This document shows, in pieces, positions 1-11,181 of a stretch of 64,000 nucleotides of DNA. Under the pieces are notes generated by a model. It worked only from the letters and a program-made list of their open reading frames with translations. It searched no databases and had not been told where the DNA came from. A program made the translations under genes and the position numbers. Positions within the stretch are counted from its first letter, which is position 1; every line of letters begins with the position of its first letter. The stretch is from Tubiluchus corallicola (lineage: Eukaryota; Animalia; Priapulida), in NCBI GenBank assembly GCA_030141605.1, contig JAQGDQ010000042.1:496001-560000 (forward strand). Direction: 5' to 3'.

Positions 1-1567
1 AGTCAACAAAAGTTCAACACTAGTTTAAAATTTAAAAGAAACCAAAAGTACCGCTAACATATAAAAATATTTTACAATAACAAACAATGTGAAGTCATTA
101 TATTTGAAAACAGCATTATAATTAATAGTCTGTAAAGCTCACATTTCAATGTGTCACATCTATGTATCGAAGATGTAAAAGGAAAACAAATGCCATGGCT
201 CAGAAGATACATTGCTATGATTTACTCGTAAGACCTAGCTACAGTATTCCCCCTAAATCAATACTGCTTAAAAACACTAAGTGTTCATACAACATTTTTT
301 ATTTAATACTACCCTATTAGTATGAAAAAAATAAATGCAAGATGGTGCACCTGACACGGTAAGTTGTAACAATAATCATAATACAAGCCTGAGATTCACT
401 ATTACCATGCTGTTTGTAAATTGAAAATCACGGCAAAAGGGGTTTTAACTTTTTACCATGACACTAGCCAGCAGTGACCCGTAGATTTGACAAAAAACAA
501 TAGATTAACAATAACAGTAAAAAGTATCAACTGAATACGAGTGTGAGATTTCTTTCCTTTATATGAGAAAATTGGAAGCACCTATGCATGGCAAGTCTGC
601 ACACGAGAAAACAGTTCTGATCATGCAAAATTTCAATGTCCATTAGAAGAAACTGTCTGCAATGCAATTCACATTCAAGTTTTCAATATTTATACTAAAC
701 TTAATTACAGAGGAAATGCAATGCAACTGTCACCCAAACAGCTTAAAATTACTTCCAAATACCACTTTATATGCACTGATGCAAGTATGCATATTAATGC
801 AGCCTGCAGTCGAACATAGTACAAAATTTTTGCACACAATACCAGTTAGGAGCAGCTTTAACAGTGGACTGCAACACAGCCATACAGGGTGCATGGGCAT
901 GGTCATAATTATTTTTATGCAAATGGCTTTATTTGCTTGAGGTTTAACATGTCCAAACTTAGCTGCACAAAAATTGCACTAAATGGCAAATAATAATCAA
1001 ATTTCTTGTAAAAAAAGCATCACTTACGATGCAGTCATAAGAATGATTTTTAACAAAGTCTACTAAATAACAAAGTTACAAATGACAATTAAAAATTCTC
1101 TAATTACACTTAGTGCAGTTCCTTTCCTAATCAACTTTTTTTTTGTTTTTTATAATCAACCAACTTTCATTAAAACATGTTGTTACAAATCATAACAGCG
1201 TACATAACACTATCATCAAATACTTCAACAGTCATCAATAATTAAAACAATCGAACAATCACCACTCACTGTTTCACACGTTACTCATAATATTGCAACT
1301 GATTAAAAAAACTCAAAGGTGACGAGAGTAAAGATGTTAGCATTCCCCACTAAAACAAACATTAGAGAAATATAGTAAAATTTGTATGGAATATAAAATT
1401 TAGTAATTTGTAATTTTGTTAAAGCATGATTTGGTCTGACAAGTCTAAAACTACCTAACAAACTTAATACAAGTTTTCAAACAAGGAAATAATTTTAGTT
1501 GCATTAATGTCTAAACATTGCTATGAATAAAAAAATAAAAGACAAAATTATATATATAGCAAATAAA

Positions 1568-1725
1568 GGATTCAGTTTGCAGCCTGCCAAACTGTACAAA
1601 AAAATCATAATTTGCAAAAACTAAAAAGCAACTGAGTGTTGGATTCAGTTTGCAGTGTGCCAAACTGACAAAAAACATGATTTGCAAAAAGTAAAACTAA
1701 ATGCTGAATTCAATTTGCAGTGTGT
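1568..1725. repeat. Tandem repeat of about 65-72 bp, roughly 2.3 copies
   Basis: GGATTCAGTTTGCAG(C/T)..GCCAAACTG..AAAA..CAT.ATTTGCAAAAA at about 1568 and 1641, with a partial third copy at about 1705. Lies in the presumptive 3' UTR of paralogue A. Confidence 0.75.
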
Positions 1726-1932
1726 AACTACACTTAAAAGCTTGAGAAGATTTAAATTAGCGAGCTAATTTTTCCTCAGTAATGCCTTTTGGCAGCCTTA
1801 TGTTACGCTGAGAGTCTAAAATTAACTTGCTAATTTATAAAAAGGAGATAAGATAAAATCTGTAGGACTTATCTCTAAAATAATTTGAATGAAAAACAAC
1901 AAAAACTAAAAATCCACCTAACAAAAATCTCA

Positions 1933-4900
1933 TTAGACAAGCAAACTAAACCTAGCAACAACGAGTAATAAAGCAGATGTGAGCAAAGTCATCACAACAG
2001 GGTTTACTAATGTCGATGCCCCATTGCACAGGTCATGCTTACAGCCGCATATCTCAACATTCAACGTGTAAGTTGGTGTCTTTTCGGCACGTGACACACA
2101 GTTTCCTTCTTCTATTTCATTGAATAGGTCTATATCATCTTGAATCTTCTGCCGTCTTTCGTCCTCTGTTAGTGAGCTGATAAAATAATAATTATAAGAT
2201 GTGTATCACTACATCGATAACATTTTTGTCTGCATGTTTAAAGCTGATCAAACAGAAGAATAGTAGCCAATGGATATCAGCTAAACTTGCTGGACATCAA
2301 AAAGTGACAAAAGGAAAACAATTGCTCAGTATGCATAGCAAAATGTAAGTGAAATAACTCATTACCTAACATAAACTTAGGCAACAATGTAGTAAGTTAC
2401 AGATTTGTGACGCTATTAGTCTATTATATAGGTATTAAATAAAACAATGCTTTCACAATATAAAACAATAGCCTTATATAAATTAATCAGGTTGAAGCAG
2501 CAAGAGCCATCGTTGACTGTCCTTTCATTAAACGAAAAATATATGGCATAAATCTTTTGAGATCTATACCTTGTTCATACTTTGAACAATCTTTTGTTTG
2601 TACTTACGTTTTATCTACTTCCTCTAGCAAAGCAGAACGAATTTCTTTACCAAGAGACTGAGTATAGCACATTCGTTTATAGTACTGATCATCTCTTCCT
2701 ATAAAAAGAGTAAAGTTTTTAGACATAATTTCTTTTGCACTGACTATCTATCAGTACTTTCATAATTGTTGGGGTTCCAGCAAATTTACAAGCTATCTTA
2801 CATAAACGGTTCCTAGAGAGAAATAGTTGAAACGAAAATTGGAACACCCAAATCGACGTTTGCCCTACCAAAACATTGTCAACCTACACTACCTTGTGTA
2901 TTATTTCTATGAAATTATTTAAAAAGTTATAGAAATTGTCAACTGGACAAAACTTTGGGCATGCTGCAACCTACAATTTTGAAAAATAAACAAATTAGCT
3001 TCTTATTTATGGATGTAAATCTGTATATACATATTGTTATATAAGTCATTATAACCTCATACATGTGTCATACGCACAAGTTTTTATACCATTTTTAATA
3101 TTTTTTATTACACCTCCCGAAGAAAGTTGCCTGGTGAAAATCGGAAGCAGGGAATTTTGATTTATTTGCAGGATTTTAAAACTGATCACAAGTTACACAT
3201 GAAAATCACATTTTATTTGACATAAAAAATACTTGTTTTCTACTAAATCTATTGTATGCGGAAAAATACATGTTAAAATGCTATAAATTAAAATTTTTTG
3301 AATTCTCGTATAATGTACCTTACATGCAATTTTCAGTTTTTTTAGTTATATTGTGAAGCTCACTTTTGCTACTCACCGCTCCACGAATATTTTGCTTTGA
3401 TACAATATAGGCAGTTGTGTCCCTGGTCTATGAGATTTCTTTTATCACTAAACGGATCTTTACAACATGGCGAAGGATTCCTACATCCAGGAGTGACGGA
3501 GTTGTCTTCAGAAGTGTTTTCTGGCCGGAGAAGCGCTGTTTTGTCGCTAGATCCACATGTATAGCAAGCAAGTTCAGCAAAGGAAGCTAAACAGAAATGA
3601 TTAAATTTAGTTAAGAATTTACATTGTGAATTTAGAAATCTTTGAAAGTGTTAATAATTTACAATAACCTAAAGATTGTAGGGGGGAATGGATGGAATCG
3701 TTCATTGGATAAGTTTTAGGTTAAAGATTGAAGTAATTGTACTAGACATTTGTTATAAAAAAATCAATAGCTGCGTGTTACAATACAAAATTAGTGCTTG
3801 TGTTATCAAGTCATAAAACTAGTATGACAAATTAGCATTCAGTGGTTTTTCTGTGATTTTTGTCTTTTTTCACATCTAAAAAGATTTTGCAGGTGAACTG
3901 AAACACAACGAGCCATTTCATTTCTTCATTGTGAGACTTTTGTTAGTTTTACTTTTTTGTTCAAAAATTTTAAGGAATATGTCACCAAGCAGAAAAGCAA
4001 GAAAAACTCGTCACAAGCCTTCATAGTTTGTGGACTGTGGGATGCCAGCAAAAATTACAAACCATGGAATTGTAAAGCAAATAAAGCAAGTGCTGTTTTT
4101 TATATACTTTTCGTTCATATAGAGTACAGTACAGCCCTGAAATTATTTTACCATCCCTTCTCTTAAAATCTATTTTTATTGCACTGTGTGATTTATTTTA
4201 TTGTATACTCCGCAGATGACCCGTATTTTATGTAAAATAAACAAAATAAAATTCACTTAATTGACAAGCACAACCTCCCTTTTGAACTGCACACCAGTAG
4301 TTTCCCATTTCATGCTGCCATGGGAAATCATTAGCAAGCAGGTTCAAAAGGGTGGTTTGCATTTGTTATATTTTCACACCACATACCTTTCAAGCTAAGA
4401 CTTTTGCATGAGAGATTTAATTACCTTTAAATATTTGCATTTGGGGTTGACGCAAAACCCTGGCTTAAAAATCACGATGATTGAAAGTGTAATAGCGCTG
4501 AAATACTTATTAAAAAACAACAACCAGTAATAATTGGCATCCAGCTACTTAGAACTACATTATCTATAGCTACGGTATACTTGACAGCATCCATACGGAT
4601 TGATAAAGCCAAAGAGACTAGATTGATGGACTTAATATCAGCATATTGCCATGACAGAACTAATGCTTCATCACTTCAACATCATACAGTATGTCATTGT
4701 TTAATGACTCCCCGTTATAGGACGTTTCTTTTTAACGGCGCTGATCTTTTGATACCTTTTATTCACTTAACAGTGCATGTTTCAATTTAACAATGATTTT
4801 TTTGGCCTTCAAGTGATGAAATTTTGTTCGCTGCACTCGCCCTATTAAACAAAAATCACGGTAATAATTTGCCCTACTAAGCAGTGATAGGCCCCCAATG

Positions 4901-5637
4901 ACCATTCATTTCTGAACACTCACTTATTGCTATAGTGCTTGCCCACGAGCCTAGAGATGAAGGCGAAATTAAGAAGTGGGACAAGATGGTGCTAGTTAAT
5001 CCTTAGTGTTGAAAAAAAGTTTTAGCAGAAAAAAGAGACTACGCAACCAACGCTAGATTTTTTTGTAAAAAGCACAAGCATAAAAAAAAGTAAGAACTGG
5101 AACAATGCGATCAATCAGAAGAAGATACATCTACGCAAAAAAGTGTCAAAATGTTTCAAATTTGAATTTTCACTGCAAATTTTGGTTCTCTTTAGTATTA
5201 GTTAAAAACTGTCAGAAATAAACGTCATAAAGTGTTTGATTTACGGGCCAAGTATTATTAATTTTTGTCCGGCAAGGTAACTGAGAGTTTTGCATAGCCA
5301 GACATTATTGACTTTTGTCCTGGCAACTTAGTGAGCCCTCTTATGTAGGCCAAGCATGATTGATCTTTGAGTGGGTAATCGCAACTAAATACTTATACAT
5401 TGTTTTCTATGGAATGCATTATTTCACATAACGACGCGTTTTGCTAGAACACATTAGCGTCGTTAAGCGAGGACTTACTATATTACATACACATGATACA
5501 GCAGAAATACTACTACCGGCTATATAGCCAACTTGGCATACAACAACTAATCCGCTAAACGGGCAATTATTATTACCTGCAAGACTGGCACAAAAAACAA
5601 GCACCAACAATGTAACATTCATCGATGTAGTAGTCAT
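1933..5637 (-). CDS. Ly6/uPAR three-finger, quiver/sleepless-like GPI-anchored protein, paralogue A (4 coding exons, about 201 aa)
   Basis: Exons 5637-5577, 3586-3377, 2698-2608, 2176-1933, all GT-AG, phases 1,1,2, giving one open frame. Signal peptide MTTTSMNVTLLVLVFCASLAA; then CYTC..C..CCKDPF..CLYCIK..RMCY..C..ICGCKHDLCN; then a hydrophobic GPI-type tail GASTLVNPVVMTLLTSALLLVVARFSLLV*. Confidence 0.88.
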
Positions 5638-6338
5638 ATTTCTCGTGATTTATTGTCAGCTACTTATAATTATCAATTTTTTGCACAAAACCCCTGTATA
5701 AAGTAAGAAAACGACCTCCAATGCTCCACCTTCCTGCTGGCTATTATCCTTTACCAGTCCGATCTAACCGATAACTACATGCTAGGCTAGCAAGCCTCTG
5801 TTCTGAGACTATCTCAACAATGTCTCATGTTTCAGCCAGACAATTACACTAATCAGCGACTTTCAGGGTTTTGTTACATTTCTTGGAAAACTCGGATTTT
5901 ACCTTAAAACTTGAACAAATAACTTATAAAGCTAGTGTATTTTGGAAAAAAATGCAATGTATTTCTTATGTTGCTAGGCATTTTTATGATTTTAAGTTGA
6001 CACTGACTTTATTTGGGCATCCTATATTTTCCTTCTCTATAAAGGAAAATATTATTGAAACCTACTAGCTAGTCAATAATCACTGGCAATAAAGTTTGTA
6101 TAATTAGATAGATGTGTTCTTATAACGTTTTAATATATGGTAAATGAATGTAGGTAAAAATGGCACAGAATGACAACTGGAAAAGTATGTAAAACAGCAC
6201 AAACCAAAATTACGCAGAAAAAATAGCACAGGAAAAAATGGCATAAATGGAAAAGTAGGTAAAAATGGCACAGAAAAATGGCGCAATTAGTATGTGTTTA
6301 GGGTTAGGGTACAGTGATGGATAATTATTTAGTTATTT

Positions 6339-7674
6339 TTACCTCTGCCAAGGAAGTTATACTTCAACACAGTTTGTTTGTCTGTTTCTTTGGTTGTCTT
6401 TGTCTATTATGACCAGGGTGCATAAGATTATAGATATGTATAAAATAAATAAAATAGCTTATTTTATGGATTTTTGAAATTTTATTTTATGGATATCAAT
6501 AAAATAGAAATAGACTATATCTGGAACGACATGCCCAGGGGGAAATCAATTAAAAAGTAAAAACAGGAGTGCTTGAAACGTGTTTTTAAACACGCAGGAC
6601 TTAGTTTTAATTTTATCGGTTTCATATCACTTCAAATTTAATCAAATTTTACGAGACAATGCCTTGTAATTCATCACTTCAGTTCAAATAATTCGTCTAT
6701 TTGGTACGAATGTAGCAGAATTCCCTCTAGGCTGAAGTTTCCGATCCAATGCCTGTATTCAGTTTTGATTGCCTATTGCTTTGCACCTTCTTTTTCTTCC
6801 TTTCCGAAATGTAAACAAAACAGACACTCTACAGAGAGTACGTCTCTGGTGGCTGAGTTTCTCACAGCTATTTTCAGACCGAACTCCAGCTCATGCTTTG
6901 GTTGAAACTTCGCCATCTTGATAACAAAAAGACAATCAGAAAAAAAAACAATGTAAAATAGCAAATCCGGAAATGCGCTTTTGTTGGTTTGTTTTCTTTC
7001 TCTTTCTCTCCTTCTAACGTTCGTTTTCAGTGTTGCCAATGCTTACAACTCGTTACTTTGTACAAAAATCACAAAAAAAATATTTTTTTATTTTATGCAT
7101 TTCTTATTTTATGGATTTTTCAAATTTTATTTTATGGATTTTTGGTCTTATTTTATGGATATCCATAATCTTATGCAGCCTGATTATGACAGTAAGCATA
7201 TTACGCTAAAACTATACAACAGATTTCCAAGAAACTTTGGAGAAAGGCACGGGTACAGGGTGCCAAAATAGGAGTATTTTTACCGTTCTTTTTTCTCAAA
7301 ACTTGATCGAACACCACATACAAAACGTGGAGGTCTCAGAGGAAATACTTAGTACTTATTTTTTGTTATCTCCACTGGACATACGAGTTAGTTCCAGTTC
7401 CATTTCGAGAAATTCTCGCTTGGATTACTATCGACAAAATTAATGGTTAAAAAAGGAAGATAAACACCATGTGGAACATTCGTGCATTATTGAAATCTAT
7501 TTAATGAAGAAATATTTGTGTCTTTTGCTAGTCTATATAATACCAATGCTTGTGCATATTTATATGTTTGCTTCTTTGTCTCTGGGTAAAATGTTTTAGT
7601 CGAAAAATAGACGAACAAGTATAAGGTTGATCAGCTTTGGCAGAGATCTGCTTCCTTTGAGCGCAATTGTAGTT
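6339..7674 (+). mobile_element. Helentron/HINE (DINE-1-like) non-autonomous element, interrupted by a hAT insertion
   Basis: 5' TTACCTCTGCCAAGGAAGTTAT followed by a GTTT/GTCT microsatellite. 3' sub-terminal inverted repeat TTGGCAGAG (7637-7645), then a short hairpin-like segment and TAGTT. Confidence 0.6.
6414..7182 (-). mobile_element. Non-autonomous hAT deletion derivative carrying a probable transposase N-terminal remnant
   Basis: TIRs CAGGGTGCATAAGATTAT / ATAATCTTATGCAGCCTG and a perfect 8-bp TSD ATTATGAC (6406-6413, 7183-7190). Minus-strand remnant MAKFQPKHELEFGLKIAVRNSATRDVLSVECLFCLHFGKEEK (CxxC) ends in a stop. Confidence 0.88.
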
Positions 7675-9069
7675 TTATGGAAATCAACTGTATCAAATTA
7701 ACGTATGTGACATCTTTTCCTACGTTTATGTTTCTGCCATTTTACCTGTGCCATTATTTTCCTGTGCTGTTTTTCCCGTGCCATTTTTACCGTGCCGTTT
7801 TCACCTGTGCCATTTTTACATGTACTAACAAATGCGTCGACTTAAGATCTCTTACATGGCAGAAAAATATCGTATCGACGTGTCAAGGTCAGAAGTGGTC
7901 CTGACAAGCCACTGTCATGTCAGTGCCTAGTTTTCTGCAGGATTACTGCTGTGTTTATCTGTCTTGAGAGCAGATTACTTTCATTGTAGAATTTGCATGA
8001 CCTAAGTCTAGCCTACGGTAGACGTAATTGGCGTAAGGTGGTGATGGTGTGTCTAGTTCATTAACAGCTCCACCGCAGCTCCGCCCACAATTGCAATGAC
8101 AATAAAGAGATCAGCACTAATGCTGCCTGCATATTAGCTTACATCCAAGTTAACCTGGTTTACATTTCGTTTCGAAGTAATTTGGGTTTCTATGTGCTAT
8201 CTTAAACATTGTCCTTAAACATTTAGACATTAAACATAAATTTATACAACGTAGAAACTAATGGTTCATTTTTCATTTTTTGGGCGTTGCAGATTCGAAA
8301 TTTTCTCCTTGTAACCGGTTTCCCTCTTGTCTTTGGAGTTCTTTTCCCAAAGACGTATCGCGAGTTCATTACAACTTTACAGATAAAGAACCGCATAAAC
8401 GGAAGGTATTGAGCTTGCATTTTATTAAGCCTATACTATGTACAAAGATTTTTCTCTGTGCAAAAACGTTTTGTCACATTAGACGTCCTAATCTCTTCCA
8501 AGATTATTTATATGCTAAGCACGGTACTTTAATACTCTGTTCGCCATATAATCAGGAATCAGTGAATCTGTGCCAGTCACGCAACTAGTCAGATTAGTAA
8601 ATCGCTAAACAGCCCGCCTGTAGTGGCCATTCAGCCACATGTTTTCTAACCAAATCCATTAGAAACCAAACTCTTGTTTTGTTTTGTACCTTTTGTTTTT
8701 AACTTTACATTTTTAACTTGTAAATAATTAAAGACAAACAGCTTCTGGGCATGGTTTTATTACTATTTGCATTCAATACTGTGGGTCACAATTTCTCCAG
8801 CTACAATCTGCACTGTGCGGGTTACTTCACAGGTAAATTCGTCAGAGGTTAATTTGATTGTTTCCACGTTTTTTAGTAATTTAGCTAAATTATGTACTCC
8901 GTTGGAATTAAGAAGACAATTCGGAAATGAAAGAAATCAGTGGAAGCAAAGTAAATTATTCGTCTTTACTAACAAAAGGAAGTGTGCTTTCTGGTGTGCT
9001 CTTTATTATTTAAATAGATGGTAATAATTAGTTATCCTTAAAAACTCTCAGTTAGGTTGCCATCTTTTT

Positions 9070-9170
9070 AATAATTTTGTCGGTATCCTAGGTTATGCAG
9101 CTGATGTCGCTTTGCTAAGTCCAATTCTGACTACCCTAAATGGATGTTAAATATTTGTGTGAAATATCCT
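9070..9170 (+). mobile_element. Tiny degenerate non-LTR reverse transcriptase fragment
   Basis: Translates as NFVGILGYAADVALLSP, then MLNICVKY after a frameshift; this is a decayed YADD region. Confidence 0.55.
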
Positions 9171-11101
9171 AATGGATTATTTTCGATAAAATTCGTGCTC
9201 CGTGCTAGTAGTCATACAATCGTAAATGGTGAACCTCTAAAGTGGTATAATAACGTGACTCCTCTTGGTCATAAATTGTATCATGATTTGACTGCACATG
9301 CTCATCTCTCTTGCTTCTGATGTTTTGTAGAACAAACTTTTTAACTTTCTTGAAGAAAAATTTTAAAAAAACGCTGTAATATGAAATCTGCGGCAATTGT
9401 AACAATAAACACATTAGTATGAAAAACGCCAGGCAAAGATCCGCGGACTTTATGCAGTAACTGAGTCCCGAGACTGGACGCGGATCCATCACTATAATTT
9501 CTAAAACTGAGACGCGGATTACTTCGATTAGCATGTTTAATTAGCACAGTGAGGGCTTGTTGTGCGTAAAGTTAGACATCGGGAGACTCTTGATTTTAAT
9601 GGTAACCTCCCTTTTCTGGTTAACCTCCCTTTTCCCCTTAACCACGAACTGCGATAGCAGTGACATAGAAAATCCCTATACATACCTTTGCTTAGATCAA
9701 TTTAGAGGAAGCTAACAGAAAAATGCCCCTTGAACGCGACTACTACAGAAGAGAAACAATGCCAACTTTCTTTTATTAATGTTATGAAGTCCAAGATTGC
9801 GAGATTTTTGTTGAAATTTTATTTTTGTTTGTACACAGGTAGATCTACAACTATTAATTTTTAACCGCTCTTTTGTAATATTCTGAGACAGGTAAACACC
9901 ATAAGTAATGATAAGCACAACGCAGAAAATTCGCAAGCATTTGGGTACGATTCGAAATGATGGCCAAAAATGCAGTTTATGGGCTCTGAAGAATGGCACC
10001 CATTTTTTGGGTGTTGAAGGGCTATAATCCTTAACTTTTAAAGTCATTTTTGCACAAAAATCCCACGAGGTAGTGACATAAGGACGCAAATAAAGAAGCA
10101 TTCTAAATAGCAATGGCGGATCATCGGTGAAGAAAAATACGAAATACAGTTGCATTAATTTAAATTCTGTTTCTAAAAACAGTCTCCACTTTCAATTTAC
10201 GATTTTTTTAATTCTTTTAAAATCGATATACTTATCATAGGAAATGGAAACTAATTCTCTATTACATAAAATGCATCGACTTAAACAATTGGTGACCAAA
10301 GCAGTGGTGTATAGTAGTTTTGTAAGTAATTATACTCGGTAATTATTGGCAGATTTCTATTGAGTGCTTTCCCATCTATTATAACGTCATTATTAGTGTA
10401 CAGTTTAGCTTAATTACATATATTGCTTCTAAAACTTTAAGACTATTTTAAACAAATATTAAACAACTAGTACAACAGCTACTTACAATTTTTATTTATT
10501 TCATATACTTGGCACGAAATAAAGCTACTACCAATATCCAGATTAACAATGTGAGGCAAATTTTCCTGTTGCTATTCCATTTTGTGGGTCGTTTCTGTAA
10601 CAAGCAGTAGAAATTGCACATTTAGTTTAAAATACATAACTGTACGTAAGTGCAGCTTGTTGAAAGGAAAATACAACAAAAATTTTCTGCAAAACTTTAA
10701 TTGTAACAACTACTTTTTTCAGCATTGATTTTTATTGTCATTTTAGTTGAGTCACTTAGCTGAGGCGATTCATATCCTTTCACGTCCTTAATTCATGTTC
10801 TGGTGGCTTTGCAAAAATCCCGAATGCATACAGTTTCAAAAAACTGGTTCAGTTTTTGGCCATTCAATTAAGATTATTTATGTATGTATGACAATCAAAC
10901 TGTTAACTTTTTATTAGACATGATTTTCATTACATTATTTCGTTGCATAGAAAAGTACATACATTGCAGCCAATCGAATAAATCATTGGGGGGGGGGCGT
11001 GGTGAGTACACCAATGTAATGCTCAAAAGGTTACGTGATGCATACTTAAATCTACCCACCCGTATCGGTCAGAATTTGTTTTGTTTGGCGTCCATTTGTT
11101 A

Positions 11102-11111
11102 GCGCATGCGC
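11102..11111. promoter_or_regulatory. NRF1/ewg-type palindrome GCGCATGCGC
   Basis: Perfect palindrome about 70 bp upstream of the ATG of paralogue B, in a locally GC/CpG-richer patch. Confidence 0.5.
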
Positions 11112-11181
11112 AGTAGGAACCACACACCTGGTTTGATTTACCTGAGTGGAATTCTCGCGGCGGACATGATTTAAAGTCAGT

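Larger units (their letters stand above)
6148..7825. mobile_element. Non-autonomous DNA element with tandemly repeated inverted ends (GTAAAAATGGCACAG units); outer layer of a nest
   Basis: GTAAAAATGGCACAG-like repeats at 6148-6285 and reverse-complement copies (CTGTGCCATTTTTAC) at 7710-7825. No target-site duplication identified. Confidence 0.6.

Noticed and set aside
662-940. 92-aa plus-strand ORF
   Set aside because: No motifs; lies antisense to the downstream/3' UTR region of paralogue A.
6298-6310. TTAGGG telomere-like repeat
   Set aside because: Only two units, and they lie inside a transposon.
9205-10155. Minus-strand ORFs of 109 and 147 aa between the Ly6 genes
   Set aside because: No recognisable domain or consistent exon chain; composition is typical of random AT-rich ORFs.
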